Notes: generated by a model from the sequence alone, not told the origin. Shown: positions 48,102 to 59,631, counted from the whole stretch's first letter. The stretch: 63,047 nucleotides of DNA, filler included, from Gonapodya sp. JEL0774 (GCA_027604505.1; 32 parts of 32 records of this genome joined end to end with filler, not necessarily neighbours in it), one strand, 5' to 3'. A program made the numbers and translations.

Positions 48102-49223
48102 TCAAACTCTTTGCGTGAACTTCCATTCATGTGACGTTCGAAGTTCCTCAATAAACAGCCACATTTCTGCATGCCTCCAAAGACCCGTTTCAAAGTTCTT
48201 GAGTTGTGACAGATACTTGATCGCCCATGCAGGGAACTGAGGGTCCGCAACCACGATTGGCTGACGATAACGCGGTGGATACAAGGGCGGATAGCGGACG
48301 GTACACGCCCAGGCTCCAAGGTCACGGCTGCGCTCATCATTGATGAGGTACATCGTCTGTCGTTCGTGATCATGGGCTCAGTTAGTGCAGTGTCATCTAT
48401 CTGAGTTGTCGTAGCGGCTTGCACGCTGGAGTTTGGTGTGTTTCGCTGTCCATCCAGTGGGAATGCCTTCCATTCGCGCTTCCGAGGCCCTCGAAGAGCA
48501 TTAATGATGCATACTGCGTCCAATTAAGGATAAATGAAAAGGCTTCTCATGAACTGTCCGATCGATTCGTTTGCATTTTCCAGCGCTGCACTGTACGCCC
48601 ATCCCTTCCACGGCGACACCACTCCATCTCGGTCACTCCGATCAAAAAAAGGGCATTTCAAGGACCTTCCGAATCGCTTCCCAAGCATCTCACTCAGAAT
48701 CAACAACGATTCCCTTGGATCCGTCATTGGAATGAATGGTTCTTTGATGCCACAGGAGAGCCCGATGACGTCATCACGTCGCCCACCCGGCTGTGGAACG
48801 GAGTTCTCGAAGGCAGAAATTTAGTCAAGCGCAGCTCTCTCCGAAACATGAAGTCGAAGTACTCGTGCTCTCAGAGACCCCAGTACCGAATCCATTTTGC
48901 GAGCTGCATGTGTCGAGCGTGTCGTTCTGCCCCACGGACCAGATAGTTTACGCGATAGTTGTATTTCAAGAACCAAAGGGCTTTCTCCGCAGGAGCTGAG
49001 TACACCACTACAGCGCGCAGGGCACGATTCACCTCCGCGAGTGCGAGAAGTGCTCGTTCGTTGCGAGAAGACTTGTGGACGATTCGAAGCCAGATTTTTG
49101 AAGTATCATTATGGTTTTTCTGTCTCTCACTCCGATCCACGTTTCGAAAGCGAAGCATTTCAGAAATGGACTAGCCTGTGAGTGATTCGATGAGGTGAGT
49201 GCGGTTGTGAAGGAAGAGAGCAT
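48102..49223 (-). pseudogene. Disrupted F-box-like protein gene
   Basis: KTIMIL / IWLRIVHK..LLALAEVNRALRAVV is split by a frameshift. In-frame TGA at 48871 and TAA at 48524 with protein-like continuation; no canonical introns seen that remove them. Confidence 0.5.
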
Positions 49224-49391
49224 GAAGTCTGCTTACGTTGGGTGGCAGTCCACTGCCTGCGTTTAATTTTGAGTCGTGTTTTCTTTTGGCTNNNNNNNNN
49301 NNNNNNNNNNNNNNNNNNNNNNNNNNNNNNNNNNNTTAATTAATTAANNNNNNNNNNNNNNNNNNNNNNNNNNNNNNNNNNNNNNNNNNNN

Positions 49392-50506
49392 GTGGGGGGG
49401 GGGTGGGGGGTGTGGGTGGGCGGGGGTGTGGGGGCGGCTGTGTGGGTTGGGGGGTGCGGGTGCGGGGTGGGTAAGGTCAGGTTGAAGATGTCGGACCCCG
49501 CGGTGTGGCGGGCGCGGATGGAGGAGAGGGTGGGCGTGGGCGTGGGGTGGTGGTCGTGGCGGTCGTGGTCGTCGTGTGGGTACGCAGAGGGGTGAAGGGA
49601 CGTGGAGTGGGCGTGGCGGTGCAGGGGGGAGGGTGGGGATGGGAGGGTGGAGGGGGACGGGGAGGTGGAGGCACTGTGCCCGTACCCGTCCCGGCCATAG
49701 ACTCCACCTCCGGTATTGCCACCAGGCCTGTCGCCACCACCTCCACCAGCACTACTAGTGCCGTATCCGTCCCGGCCGTACACTCCACCGCCGGTGTTAG
49801 TACCAGGCCTGTCACCACCTCCACCACCCCCACCTCTACCAGAACTACTACTAGCGTGGCCATACCCATCTCGGCCGTACACTCCACCACCGGTATTGCC
49901 ACCAGGCCTGTCACCTCCACCTCCACCAGCGCTATTACTACCGCCATACCCGTCCCGGCTGTACACTCCACCACCGGTATTGCCACCCGGCCTGTCACCA
50001 CCACCGCCACCAGCACTAATACTACCGTGGCCGTACCCGTCCCGGCCGTACACTCCACCTCCGGTATTGCCACCAGGCCTGTCACCCCCTCCACCTGCGC
50101 CTCCGAAATGTGCAGCGCTCGTAGAAGAACCCCTACCATCCGCTAATGCCGACGCGTACCCAGCCGACGACGGCGAGGAGAGGAGTGCGGGAGGTGGGGT
50201 GTACGATTCGAGGCCGGGCACGTCGGCGTAGGAGAGGGAGGAAGTGGGTTGGGGAGGGGAGGAGGAGGAGTGGGGAGGGGAGGGAGGAGAGCGGGGGGGC
50301 ACGTTGGAGGTGGAGGAAGAAGTGGAAGAGCGGGCGGAGAGGGAGAGGGGGGAAGGGACGTATGATGTGGAGTGTGGGTGGGAGGGGGAGTGGGAGTGGG
50401 AGTGGGACTGTCCGGTCCAGGATGGAGGTTGGGAGGGTTTGGGAGCGTACTTTCCCGGTGCGCGTCTGGACGAGGACGAGGACGAGGACGAAGATTGAGA
50501 AGACAC
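49392..50506 (-). CDS. Low-complexity protein with five GGDRPGGNTGGGVYGRDGYG repeats (internal fragment)
   Basis: Long open frame; the repeat copies differ mainly at synonymous sites. Confidence 0.8.
49680..50095 (-). repeat. Five coding repeats with constant core of about 65 bp and variable S/G linker (period 81-99 bp)
   Basis: Copies start (+ strand) at 49680, 49761, 49860, 49944 and 50031; all spacings are multiples of 3. Confidence 0.95.
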
Positions 50507-50619
50507 GATATTGCTTTGGTTGACAGAGTGGGAGATGGGAGAGGGGATGTGGTTGAATGCGAAGACGTTTGATGCGGAGTTCTTTCTTCTGTTGTCTTGT
50601 CTGTCCTGGGAAGAAGCGA

Positions 50620-50930
50620 TGTAAAGAGGGAGCGAAGGAAGGGAAGAAGGAGGGATGGAGAGGGAGAAGGGAGGGATTGAGGGAGGGGAGGATGAGGAGA
50701 GGTCGGAGAGAGAGAGGGAGGATGCGCCGCCAGGGGGGTGGTGCTGGTGGGCGGGTGGGGAGGGAGATGGGTGGGGAGAGAGTGGGGTGGAGAGGGGAGA
50801 GAGAGAGAGGGGGGGGAGAGAGGGGGAGAGGGAGGAGTGGGAGAGAGAGGGGGGGAGAGTGGGAGAGGGGACAGACAGTGTGAAGGGATTGGGAGACAGG
50901 GAGGGAGGGTGGACGGGAAGAGGCGACAGG
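50620..50930. repeat. Polypurine/polypyrimidine (GGA/GA-rich) low-complexity tract
   Basis: About 300 nt almost entirely G and A on the + strand. Confidence 0.85.
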
Positions 50931-51547
50931 TACAGGTGAGTGGGTGGGAGACATCAAGTCCGATGAGTGTCAGACCCGACTCTCAACTGTCGCTGCCTCA
51001 CTCACAACACGCAGCATTGCTCGTTTGCTCTTTGCTCTTTTGCTCTGTTGTCTGTGTTGCCTGTGCGATGATGCAGCTGGACAAGTCAGACGTGCAGTGG
51101 ACAACAAACAGACAGACACGGAAGGACGTCCACGGTTCCTGATCAACATCCCTCGATCACTGCGGTCATGCACGGCTCACTTCTCCAATCCAAGAACCAA
51201 CGACATAGAACACTTACTGGTTTTGTAAAATATATTGTGTGACCGCTCCCAATCCCANNNNNNNNNNNNNNNNNNNNNNNNNNNNNNNNNNNNNNNNNNN
51301 NTTAATTAATTAANNNNNNNNNNNNNNNNNNNNNNNNNNNNNNNNNNNNNNNNNNNNATCGGACCCGGGGCAGCCCTCTCTTGGTGGTTCGCCGAAAACT
51401 CTTGAAGACAGCACATGAACCAAAAATTTACTTCTATGTAAAACTGAAAATTTGAGTAATATGCGATCGACCACATAAAATACACGGCCCCTGCACACGT
51501 CAGACCAAAGCCCCAATTTGGGTCTGAATCTTCACAACATCCCCCCA

Positions 51548-53223
51548 ATGCCTCCAAACACGCTCGAGTATAACGACGTCTATCTCTCAACCACAAAGAC
51601 TCCCCAGGTGAGTCTGCTTGCTTGCGTTGTCTTCGCGAGCGTTCAAATCGTCGGATGGACCGTCACCCTCGCACCATCTTTTGCGAATCAAACTGCTTTC
51701 CCAAGTGTACGGAGCGGCGAATCATTTGCCATTGTAACGAAAACACGTTTTTGTGATCATTTACGCCCATTTGAGGCTCATGTCTGGGGTGAAGCTGGAT
51801 CTGAATCGTGGGACATGTTGCCCAGTTCCGTGGCCATAATTCTGTGATTCCTGGATAGATTCGAGGACGGGTACATTTGAACATCTCTCTTTTTGTTGTT
51901 GCGAGTTTTATTATTTGATTGTTTGCTGACGGATCAACCCGTCTTGCTCTCTCCCCTTTCAATGATGACCATGAACCAGACCGGCCTTGGTCAGCTCAAG
52001 CTCATCGAAGCCGGAATAGGGTTCAAAAACCCGGACATAGCTACTCCACTGACGCTCAAAAGTGACAATGTCCGCTCTATGGTGTGGTTGCGTGGGGCAC
52101 GAGGCTGGACGTTGAAAGTTGGACTCAAGAGTGGATTGAGCTTTTCATTTGAAGGGCTCCCTAGAGATGTGAGTGACATTCGCAATAAAATGCTCTTTCC
52201 TTTTTCGGCGATAGAATTGGGGCTACGAATTGCACCGCATAGCAAGAACGTTTGGTTGTGTCGCAATCAACTTTCGTCCAAACTCAGGATCGATGGTCCG
52301 GAGCTCACACATCTTGGTTTAATCTTGGCTTCATCAGGCTGAATCCGATCTCGAAAAAATATCCCGTGCCTACGGGACAACACTCGACGCCCGAGAGTAC
52401 TCCCTCAAGGGATGGAACTGGGGACAGCATTCCTTCTCCCGAGATTCCCTGACCTTCAACGTCGGTGCTAAACCAGCATTCGAGATACCCCTTTCCGAAG
52501 TATCCAACAGTACCCACCCGACGCGTAACGAGGTCGTGCTCGAGTTCGCACCGCCAGAGGAAGTTCCCGACAAGAAAAAACGGCGACGGGACGATGAGTT
52601 AGTCGAGATACGATTCTATATACCGAGCAAAGCTGCGGAAAAGTCTGATGATGGGGAGGGCAGCGACGAAGAAGTCAACGGAGAAGCCGAAAATGGCGAG
52701 CCAAAAGCCAAAGTAGCGAAAGTCAACGGAGACGATGAAGATGGTGGACCAAGTGACGAGGATGAGAATCCCGCCGAGGTGTTTTTCCAAAGCGTTAAGG
52801 AACGGGCGGACCTGGGTGGTGCCACGGGAGAGGCCGTACTGGAGTTTTCGGGCGCAAACAACCAAGGACTTCTATGCCTTTCGCCCCGGTAAGTTCGTTT
52901 ATTCCAGTCGTGTGGATCAACCAACTAGCCCGACGAGTGACTTATTAACACATCTTGGTGGAATGTAGTGGTCGATTCAATCTTTCCCTACACCCCACCT
53001 TCTTTCGCCTCCGCGGTCGCACACACGACTACCGCGTGGATTACACACGCGTTCGCTCGCTTTTCTTGCTTCCCAAACCCGACGAAGCTTCTTACTTTTT
53101 TGTCATCCACGTGGAACCGCCGCTCAGGCAGGGGAACACGCCGTACAGGTTCTTGACGTTTTTGTTCGCGGAGACGGAAGAAGAGGATGTCGAGTTGAAG
53201 GGTGGCGAAGAAGGCGCGTGAGT
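51548..53223 (+). CDS. POB3: FACT complex subunit Pob3/SSRP1; 3' truncated
   Basis: Exon 1 51548-51607; then WLRGARG, SLKGWNWG, KPAFEIPLSEVSN, NEVVLEF, DELVEIRFYIP, LSPR|GRF..FRLRGRTHDY..LFLLPKPD and PPLRQGNTPY. Confidence 0.97.
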
Positions 53224-53323
53224 NNNNNNNNNNNNNNNNNNNNNNNNNNNNNNNNNNNNNNNNNNNNTTAATTAATTAANNNNNNNNNNNNNNNNNNNNN
53301 NNNNNNNNNNNNNNNNNNNNNNN

Positions 53324-53895
53324 TCCCCATCGACATCACGGTGACCTGGTTGGAACCCAGAGTCCTCAAACCCATCCAGCATTGAAGATTCGACAAAATC
53401 TCCCACATCGAGAGCTAGCAGAGCGTCGACGTCCATTCCTTCGGGGGAGTAACGCAATCGAGAGGGGTTCGATGGAGCACTCGAGGGATGGCCGTCCCAG
53501 TATTCCGCTCCAGCAATATCTGCACTCCCAACACTATTCCCTTCTTCGGCATGATCTGAATGGGGTGTCACAATCACATCCCTTGTCTCTCGCAGAAGAA
53601 CTTTCTCGATGTTCCCCATGAATTGTCGATATGGTGCGGTCTTCGCCATTCTACGGGCAACGGGGGCAGCGACATACTGAGACGCTTCACTGTGTCGAGA
53701 TGGAATTGCGAGTGGTTTCTGTGAAGCAGGTCGGGTGAAGGATTCGGCAGGTTGTGGAAAAAAGAGGTGCTTGGCGTCGTCCGGGCTGGCCGGTGTTGCA
53801 GGCGCAGGAAACACACCCATGTTGGGATACTGAGGAAAAGTAGATCTGGAACTTGAGCTTGTAATGGGAACTGGGGCTGAGCGGAAAGAGCTCAT
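53324..53895 (-). CDS. Hypothetical protein N-terminus
   Basis: ATG at 53895; 190 open codons to the contig edge; no family recognised. Confidence 0.55.
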
Positions 53896-54770
53896 CCGAA
53901 ATGCGAAGGACTAGAATCCCCGACCTGCTCGAGTACAGATATTTGAATCCGTTTCGGGCCGCAGTGGCAGACAGAACGTCCAGAAGAAGCCGCGACGACG
54001 AGATCCGCCAGTCTAATGATTTGAATCAGCAAGTCCGACGAGCTTCGGAGGGGAAAAGGCTCTCAAAAGCGCAGCGTTGTCGATGCTGTTGAAGGCGTAT
54101 CTTGACGTTTGATAAGCTGCGCCACCGCCTGAGCCACGTTCGGACCGGCGCTCCCCCGCCAAAATTTGGTGAAAGAAATACATGGTCACAGTGCGTCGAG
54201 AGCCAGCAAGACGTTGCGCCTTCAGACATTCGTGTAATTTAATGCATCTTCCTTTTCTTGGTGCATGTTGGTGGAACCGACAAAAATAGGTTTAGCTTGG
54301 ACCTGCTTGGACCCATTGGGGCCTGCCACCGAAAGGATCAAACCTGCTCCCTGCGAGACCCCCACAGCTTTCAAAGGGGTGAATCATAAGTGTGTTTAAA
54401 AGTAGGTGTTGGGGAGGTGCATCGAAGTCGGATGAGGAGGATGAAACGCATTTTCTTGTCCGTCGGAGTTGAAGACAGGATTGCAGGGAGAAGTTGTTTC
54501 GATTGATAGTAACACTGTAGAAGCGAGTTTGATACGGGAATGCTGTCCCGGCCATTGACTTTGATGGTGGTGTCCGAATGCAATTTGGATAATCAGCCCA
54601 TCGTCGGAACTTCTGTTACTTATGCAAAAGAAACCCTCTTTCCATAGCATCCTGTCATTAAAATCGCCAGTAAATTATGAATGAGGGATGTCTTTGGGGA
54701 GGAATGAATGCATTGACCGCTAATACAGGTATTGAGCGACCCCGGCCCTGTCCATTTTTCCCCAAGAACG

Positions 54771-55188
54771 ATGGGCAAACTCACCCCGACCTCTGATTCA
54801 TCCGTACCTACCAAGAAGCGCAAAGCAACATCTGATGCTGCTGATGTGCCTGCCGCATCTTCCTCGAACGACGTCATTCCATCCACCAAGAAACCCAAGA
54901 CATCCCCCACCACTCTCGGCGAATCTCCTGCCCCCACACCAGTAGAGGGACAACCGATCAGTAGACCAAAACGATGGAAGGACATTAAGAAGGAAAGGAA
55001 CAAGGCTGCAGGGGCTGTGGCGGACCCTGGTGGTGGAGCCGAACGGGGAAAGGAGGAACATAGGACTTCAGACAGACACCATGGAGCGAGCCATGGCGCG
55101 GAACCAGACAATGTGACCAAAGAAATATTGAAAAGTGGAAAGCCATCGTCTAAGGAGCCGATATCGGGGAGCACGTCAGTTGGTAACG
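54771..55188 (+). CDS. Hypothetical basic (NLS-rich) protein N-terminus
   Basis: MGKLTP..KKRK..KKPK, open to the contig edge; divergent from the previous gene. Confidence 0.55.
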
Positions 55189-55344
55189 NNNNNNNNNNNN
55201 NNNNNNNNNNNNNNNNNNNNNNNNNNNNNNNNTTAATTAATTAANNNNNNNNNNNNNNNNNNNNNNNNNNNNNNNNNNNNNNNNNNNNTTTTTTCTTGGC
55301 AAAACTTGTCACCCAGCGCTCCCGACTCCTTTCCAGATCACTCT

Positions 55345-57153
55345 TTATCCGCACGAAATCGAAACGTATGAGTACTTTGCCTGGCATCCCGTTTGACAAA
55401 AGTCAGTTCCGTTCCCGCACCACCCATAGACGGAACAGCATTGCCCGTAGCTCGGGCAACGAGAAGCGCCTGAGCCGAAACCGTAGTCACCGCACCGTCC
55501 GTCTAACGTGATTACAGGTCGGGGAACATTGCCCGATGTTTCGAGATCTGCAAAAAGTGAGAAAATAAGTAAAAAGGAAGGAGCTCTACCACGTGATGCC
55601 TGAGCCACTTACAGGACTCCAAAAACGCTTGTCCTTCTTGCCTGAAGTCTCCCAAGCTGGCCTCAGATTTCACACCCACGGTTCCATTGGGACCAAAGTA
55701 CATATTGGGGCGTGTCGGTACAGAGTACTTTGGCCAGGTTCCGATCAGAGAATTGGAGGGGTCCCCTGTGCGAGCGAACTGAGTCCATGAAGTCGACATT
55801 TGACGGGATGTGGTGATTTCTCCTTGACCAGAAAGGAAGGGGAAATTATAGAAGCTGTTGCACACAAGAACTTAGCTCGGGGCGCACGAAATCGAAGAAA
55901 ACGAAAGTTCAATACGTACACGAAAGGGATTTCAGATCCGTGAGTAACGCCCATATAATAGCCTGCCGCGTAAACCTGCTTGTAGGTTTGCAGTCTAAGT
56001 AAATTATGTGGACGTGACAATGATTAGTTTGCCGGCAGCTCTCTTCTAGAAGTTCTCGCACTCACGTCGCGTTCGAGATCACATCGAAACGATCTGTTGA
56101 ACAATTCGGAGACGATTTTGCTCGGAAAGGGAGTTCAAGCGCAATTGCCGACATCCAGAGGCTTACATTTGTACACTGGGATCCCCGCGGCGACATAAGC
56201 TTGGGCCAATTTACGGACGGGGACGACAAATCCGCTATCACTGGAGTGGATTATTGTGAGTCAACGCGATCGGTGCAGAGCGTATATTGTGAGCAGTTAT
56301 CCAGATATGCCAAGTAACCAAACAGAATAACAAACTTCAAATCATCACCCACGTGATATAGTTGCTCGCAGCTTGAAACTCGGCACTCGCGTTTCCGGTA
56401 CCGTTTCCGATGTAAAGGTCTGCCTCGACGTTCTCCCATTCTGCCTTCCAAACCTCGTTCTTGAGTTGAGGAAGCGACAACGCTGAGGAGTTGAGAGAAT
56501 CTCGCAGTGACGCAGCAGTGGTCCGGTTCAATGCAAACGCAAAAACGGAGCCTAGCGCAATAGAAGTTATACGTGAGATGCTCTATCACTGATTTTAAGT
56601 GTAACAGTTAAAGTCACCTTCGTTCGTGTTTGTACCGATCAGCACGCCCGAGCTGCAGCGAATGTTGAGATCAAGTTGAAGTCGAAGAATAGGATCGCAG
56701 GAGACCCAGTGACTCCGTACTCATGGCGACTCACAGTTTCTTTACAAATTTACCCGACGCAAGCACTCGCAGTGAGTTGTCAAGAACGCTGACTCCATCA
56801 ATGGTAGGGTAAGCGAAAGAAACCTGAAAGCAAGATATATGGATGTTCGTATCGACAAGTCAAACACAACACGAGGAAGAGAGACTCACGCCGGCGGAAC
56901 TAAAGAACTTGGTGAGATTCGCCGCAGGTACTTTCCGTAAGCTCGCCACCTTGTTTTCCGTTGCATTGAAGTACTGAATACGGGTTTGACGTCTTCAACC
57001 ATTAGCATGCACTAAGATCATCATTTCGACAAAGAGTCCCTGTACCTTGGCGGCGAGAGTAAATACCCCTCCAGTGAATGCGGACGTTGGCTACAGTGAA
57101 TGTAAGTGAGTCTGTTACGTCCACAGAGTCACATGGGTGAAACACCAACTTAC
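55345..57153 (-). CDS. Type-B carboxylesterase/lipase fused to a C-terminal CBM18 (hevein-like chitin-binding) domain; 5' truncated
   Basis: LIGTNTNE, MGVTHGSEIPFV (catalytic His) and WTQFARTGDP..WPKY. Intron 55612-55548 joins in frame to DGRCG..CPSYGQCCSVYGWCGNGTDFCQTGCQ..C*. Confidence 0.9.
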
Positions 57154-57264
57154 NNNNNNNNNNNNNNNNNNNNNNNNNNNNNNNNNNNNNNNNNNNNTTA
57201 ATTAATTAANNNNNNNNNNNNNNNNNNNNNNNNNNNNNNNNNNNNNNNNNNNNAACCAACTCAC

Positions 57265-57659
57265 AAATGTGCACGTGGCTGCAATGACAGTCTGGAGATC
57301 ACCGCCTTTGGGACTTTGATTCTTGTGGGGGTTTTAACCAATTTTCGGTTTTTGCGTTGAAGGCACAATACGCAGTTTGTTCACTGAGGGCACTCAGTAG
57401 AACCTTCTGGACTCTGACTCACCCGAATCTTATCCACGAAGTACGCAAGCACTATTGCATTTGCAATGGCGCTCTTTCATTGAGCACCAAAATGGTAACA
57501 GGTAGACAATAAGTTGGGTTCCTTGGGTTCCAACGGTTCGACATGGCTCTGCCTTCATCTTAAGCGCCTTACCATTGCACACACAACCAAATCCACAAGA
57601 CTGACGAGGATTTCGTCCTCATTGAGCCTATACGGGAACACAGCTGCTTCAGGGCTCAT
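57265..57659 (-). CDS. Membrane protein N-terminus resembling 7TM/GPCR TM1-ICL1-TM2; 3' truncated
   Basis: Exons 57659-57573, 57473-57423 and 57321-57265 (all phase 0): MSPEAAVFPYRLNEDEILVSLVDLVVCAM|SAIANAIVLAYFVDKIR|NQSPKGGDLQTVIAATCTF. Confidence 0.6.
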
Positions 57660-58635
57660 TAGAAACGAATCGACAAGGTCGCCGGTTGCCTGATCTGTGA
57701 TGAATATTGCGCAGCAAGTTCGATGAGCGTTGACGAGACTCCAGAGCCTTGGTTGTGGAGGAATGTTCTCCGGGAATCAGAGAGTTAGAGAAGAACGCGT
57801 CCACGACGAGAGTGGTATTTATTTTGAGATGGGGATCTTTGGGAATTCAAGGCTGCGCTAACCATGATGAATCGGCCCTCGACCACTTCCGCTGTACAGG
57901 CGCCTGACTTCGCTGGTTCCTATATTGCATTTATTGGGAACTGATACAGCGAAAGCGGAGAAGGACATCGGTCACATCGGAGTGAGTCATTCATGTTCAT
58001 CGTGAATCATTTTGCCGATGGGCAAGAAAACTCCGATCATCGCAAGCCGAGGTCAGTCGGGGAATTGGCGAAAACAAACCTTGATGTTTGATACGGATAT
58101 TAGTATAGTAGTTCGCGATGTTACCTCCCATATTTCTGCCCTCCGGTTCTGTGACGAATCATCTAGTCAGCGATTGATCCCTACACCCGCACATGTTGAA
58201 TCATGATCGCATATTCGTAATTCTGTCGGACAACGCTACACGTCACAGACAATTAAAATTTATATTTACATTGGGCATAACCTCGCTCTCCGTCTAGCAC
58301 CATCGAGTCCCTGTCCACAACTCCATTGAATCCCACAACCTGTTCACCCAGTTCCACGACTTGTGAATAGCAATGCATGTCTCACGCCTTTTTAGATACA
58401 ATCTGGCAAGCTCAAGTTCATTCTCGAGACCCCGGAAGATAAGCTTGTGCGCCTCTCCGAAATGTCTATGGATAGCGCAGCCTCCGTCAATCCTCTCCGT
58501 AACCAATTGCAGCGAGGTCTGCTCGATGCCATTGCCACTCAAATTCTACACGATCGCAATGTCCCAATCGCCCCACCAACGGTCTCTACTCACACCACCC
58601 GTGGGCCGTTGCAACCATCTCTTCCTCCCTAACAC

Positions 58636-58851
58636 CTACGCCTCCCCCTGCCCCTCCTTCCCGACCTTCTCGGCCTCCTGCTTGAGCGCCCACAACTGCC
58701 CGACCTGCTGATCCGACATCTGGTCCAGATGGGTCCTGTTGAGGTTCAACCCCACTTCGGGGACGTAGTCGCCCGCACCGGGTGCGGTGCCCGAGGCAAC
58801 GGCACGAGAGGAGGAGAGTTGGTCGGCGAGGTTGCGGAGGTAGGAGGACCA
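58636..58851 (-). CDS. SDH7: Succinate dehydrogenase assembly factor 3 (Acn9/Sdh7), last exon
   Basis: After a TAG acceptor: WSSYLRNL..VGLNL..HLDQMSDQQVGQLWALKQEA..*, matching the Acn9 C-terminal W-x2-Y..G..L..MSD-x-Q-x-GQL-x2-L pattern. Confidence 0.8.
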   Translation of the reverse strand, partial: WSSYLRNLADQLSSSRAVASGTAPGAGDYVPEVGLNLNRTHLDQMSDQQVGQLWALKQEAEKVGKEGQGEA

Positions 58852-59218
58852 CTAGGAGATTAATGTGGGATTGGGGTTGGGGGAACCCGCAAGGTCAGAT
58901 GAGAATAAGCCAAGAGACGACGACGGACTGCTGTAAAGCGAGAATGATTTCCCGCGAATCCGGTTCCCCGTCCATAATAATACGGACTGATCGGCGAATG
59001 TCGATAAACACAATGAGCATAGTACTCGATCGGAAGGAGGCGGGTGAACAACTGTGACGATACCACTCATCACTATCACCGCAGTGGTATCCATGACTAC
59101 TCGTGAGAGATGCGATGGNNNNNNNNNNNNNNNNNNNNNNNNNNNNNNNNNNNNNNNNNNNNTTAATTAATTAANNNNNNNNNNNNNNNNNNNNNNNNNN
59201 NNNNNNNNNNNNNNNNNN

Positions 59219-59631
59219 CTGAACGAGATCGACGAGCCACACACTCCACAAAACCCACGCTCGCCGTGCTCGGATGACATGTACTGAGAAGGGTGGGTGG
59301 AAGGCGACCGGAGGGTGGTGTGAGCGTTCCACCGTTCCACCGTTCCATACAAACCCCCCCAACCATCTCTCACCGTTCTATAAGCTTCCCCCTCCCCCTG
59401 TCCCTCCCCCTTCCCCCTCTCAAACACCACACTCTCGACCGGTACGTTCGCCCAAAACACCGCGAACGCTCCTCCGCTGGTCCTTCGACACGACTCGCAG
59501 TGGCACACGACGGTGTCGTAAGGGGGTGTGAGACCTGCGGCGGGAAGGACACGGAAGGACACGGCGCGGCAGTGGCAGTGGCCGGTGATGGGAGGTAGGG
59601 TGTGGCCTTGGGAAGGTGGGTGGGAGAATGG
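59219..59631 (-). CDS. GFA/CENP-V (Mss4-like) zinc protein; start unresolved, 3' truncated
   Basis: ITGHCHCRAVSF, VCHCESCRRTSG; intron 59373-59284; YMSSEHGERGFCGVCGS. Confidence 0.92.

Noticed and set aside
49680..50095. CRISPR-like array (constant repeat with variable spacers)
   Set aside because: Repeats vary at synonymous positions, spacings are multiples of 3, and linkers are related S/G codons within a eukaryotic ORF; no cas genes.
59074..59089. TATCACCGCAGTGGTA resembles a phage lambda operator
   Set aside because: One base short, with no flanking lambda or vector sequence; most likely chance within a fungal intron.
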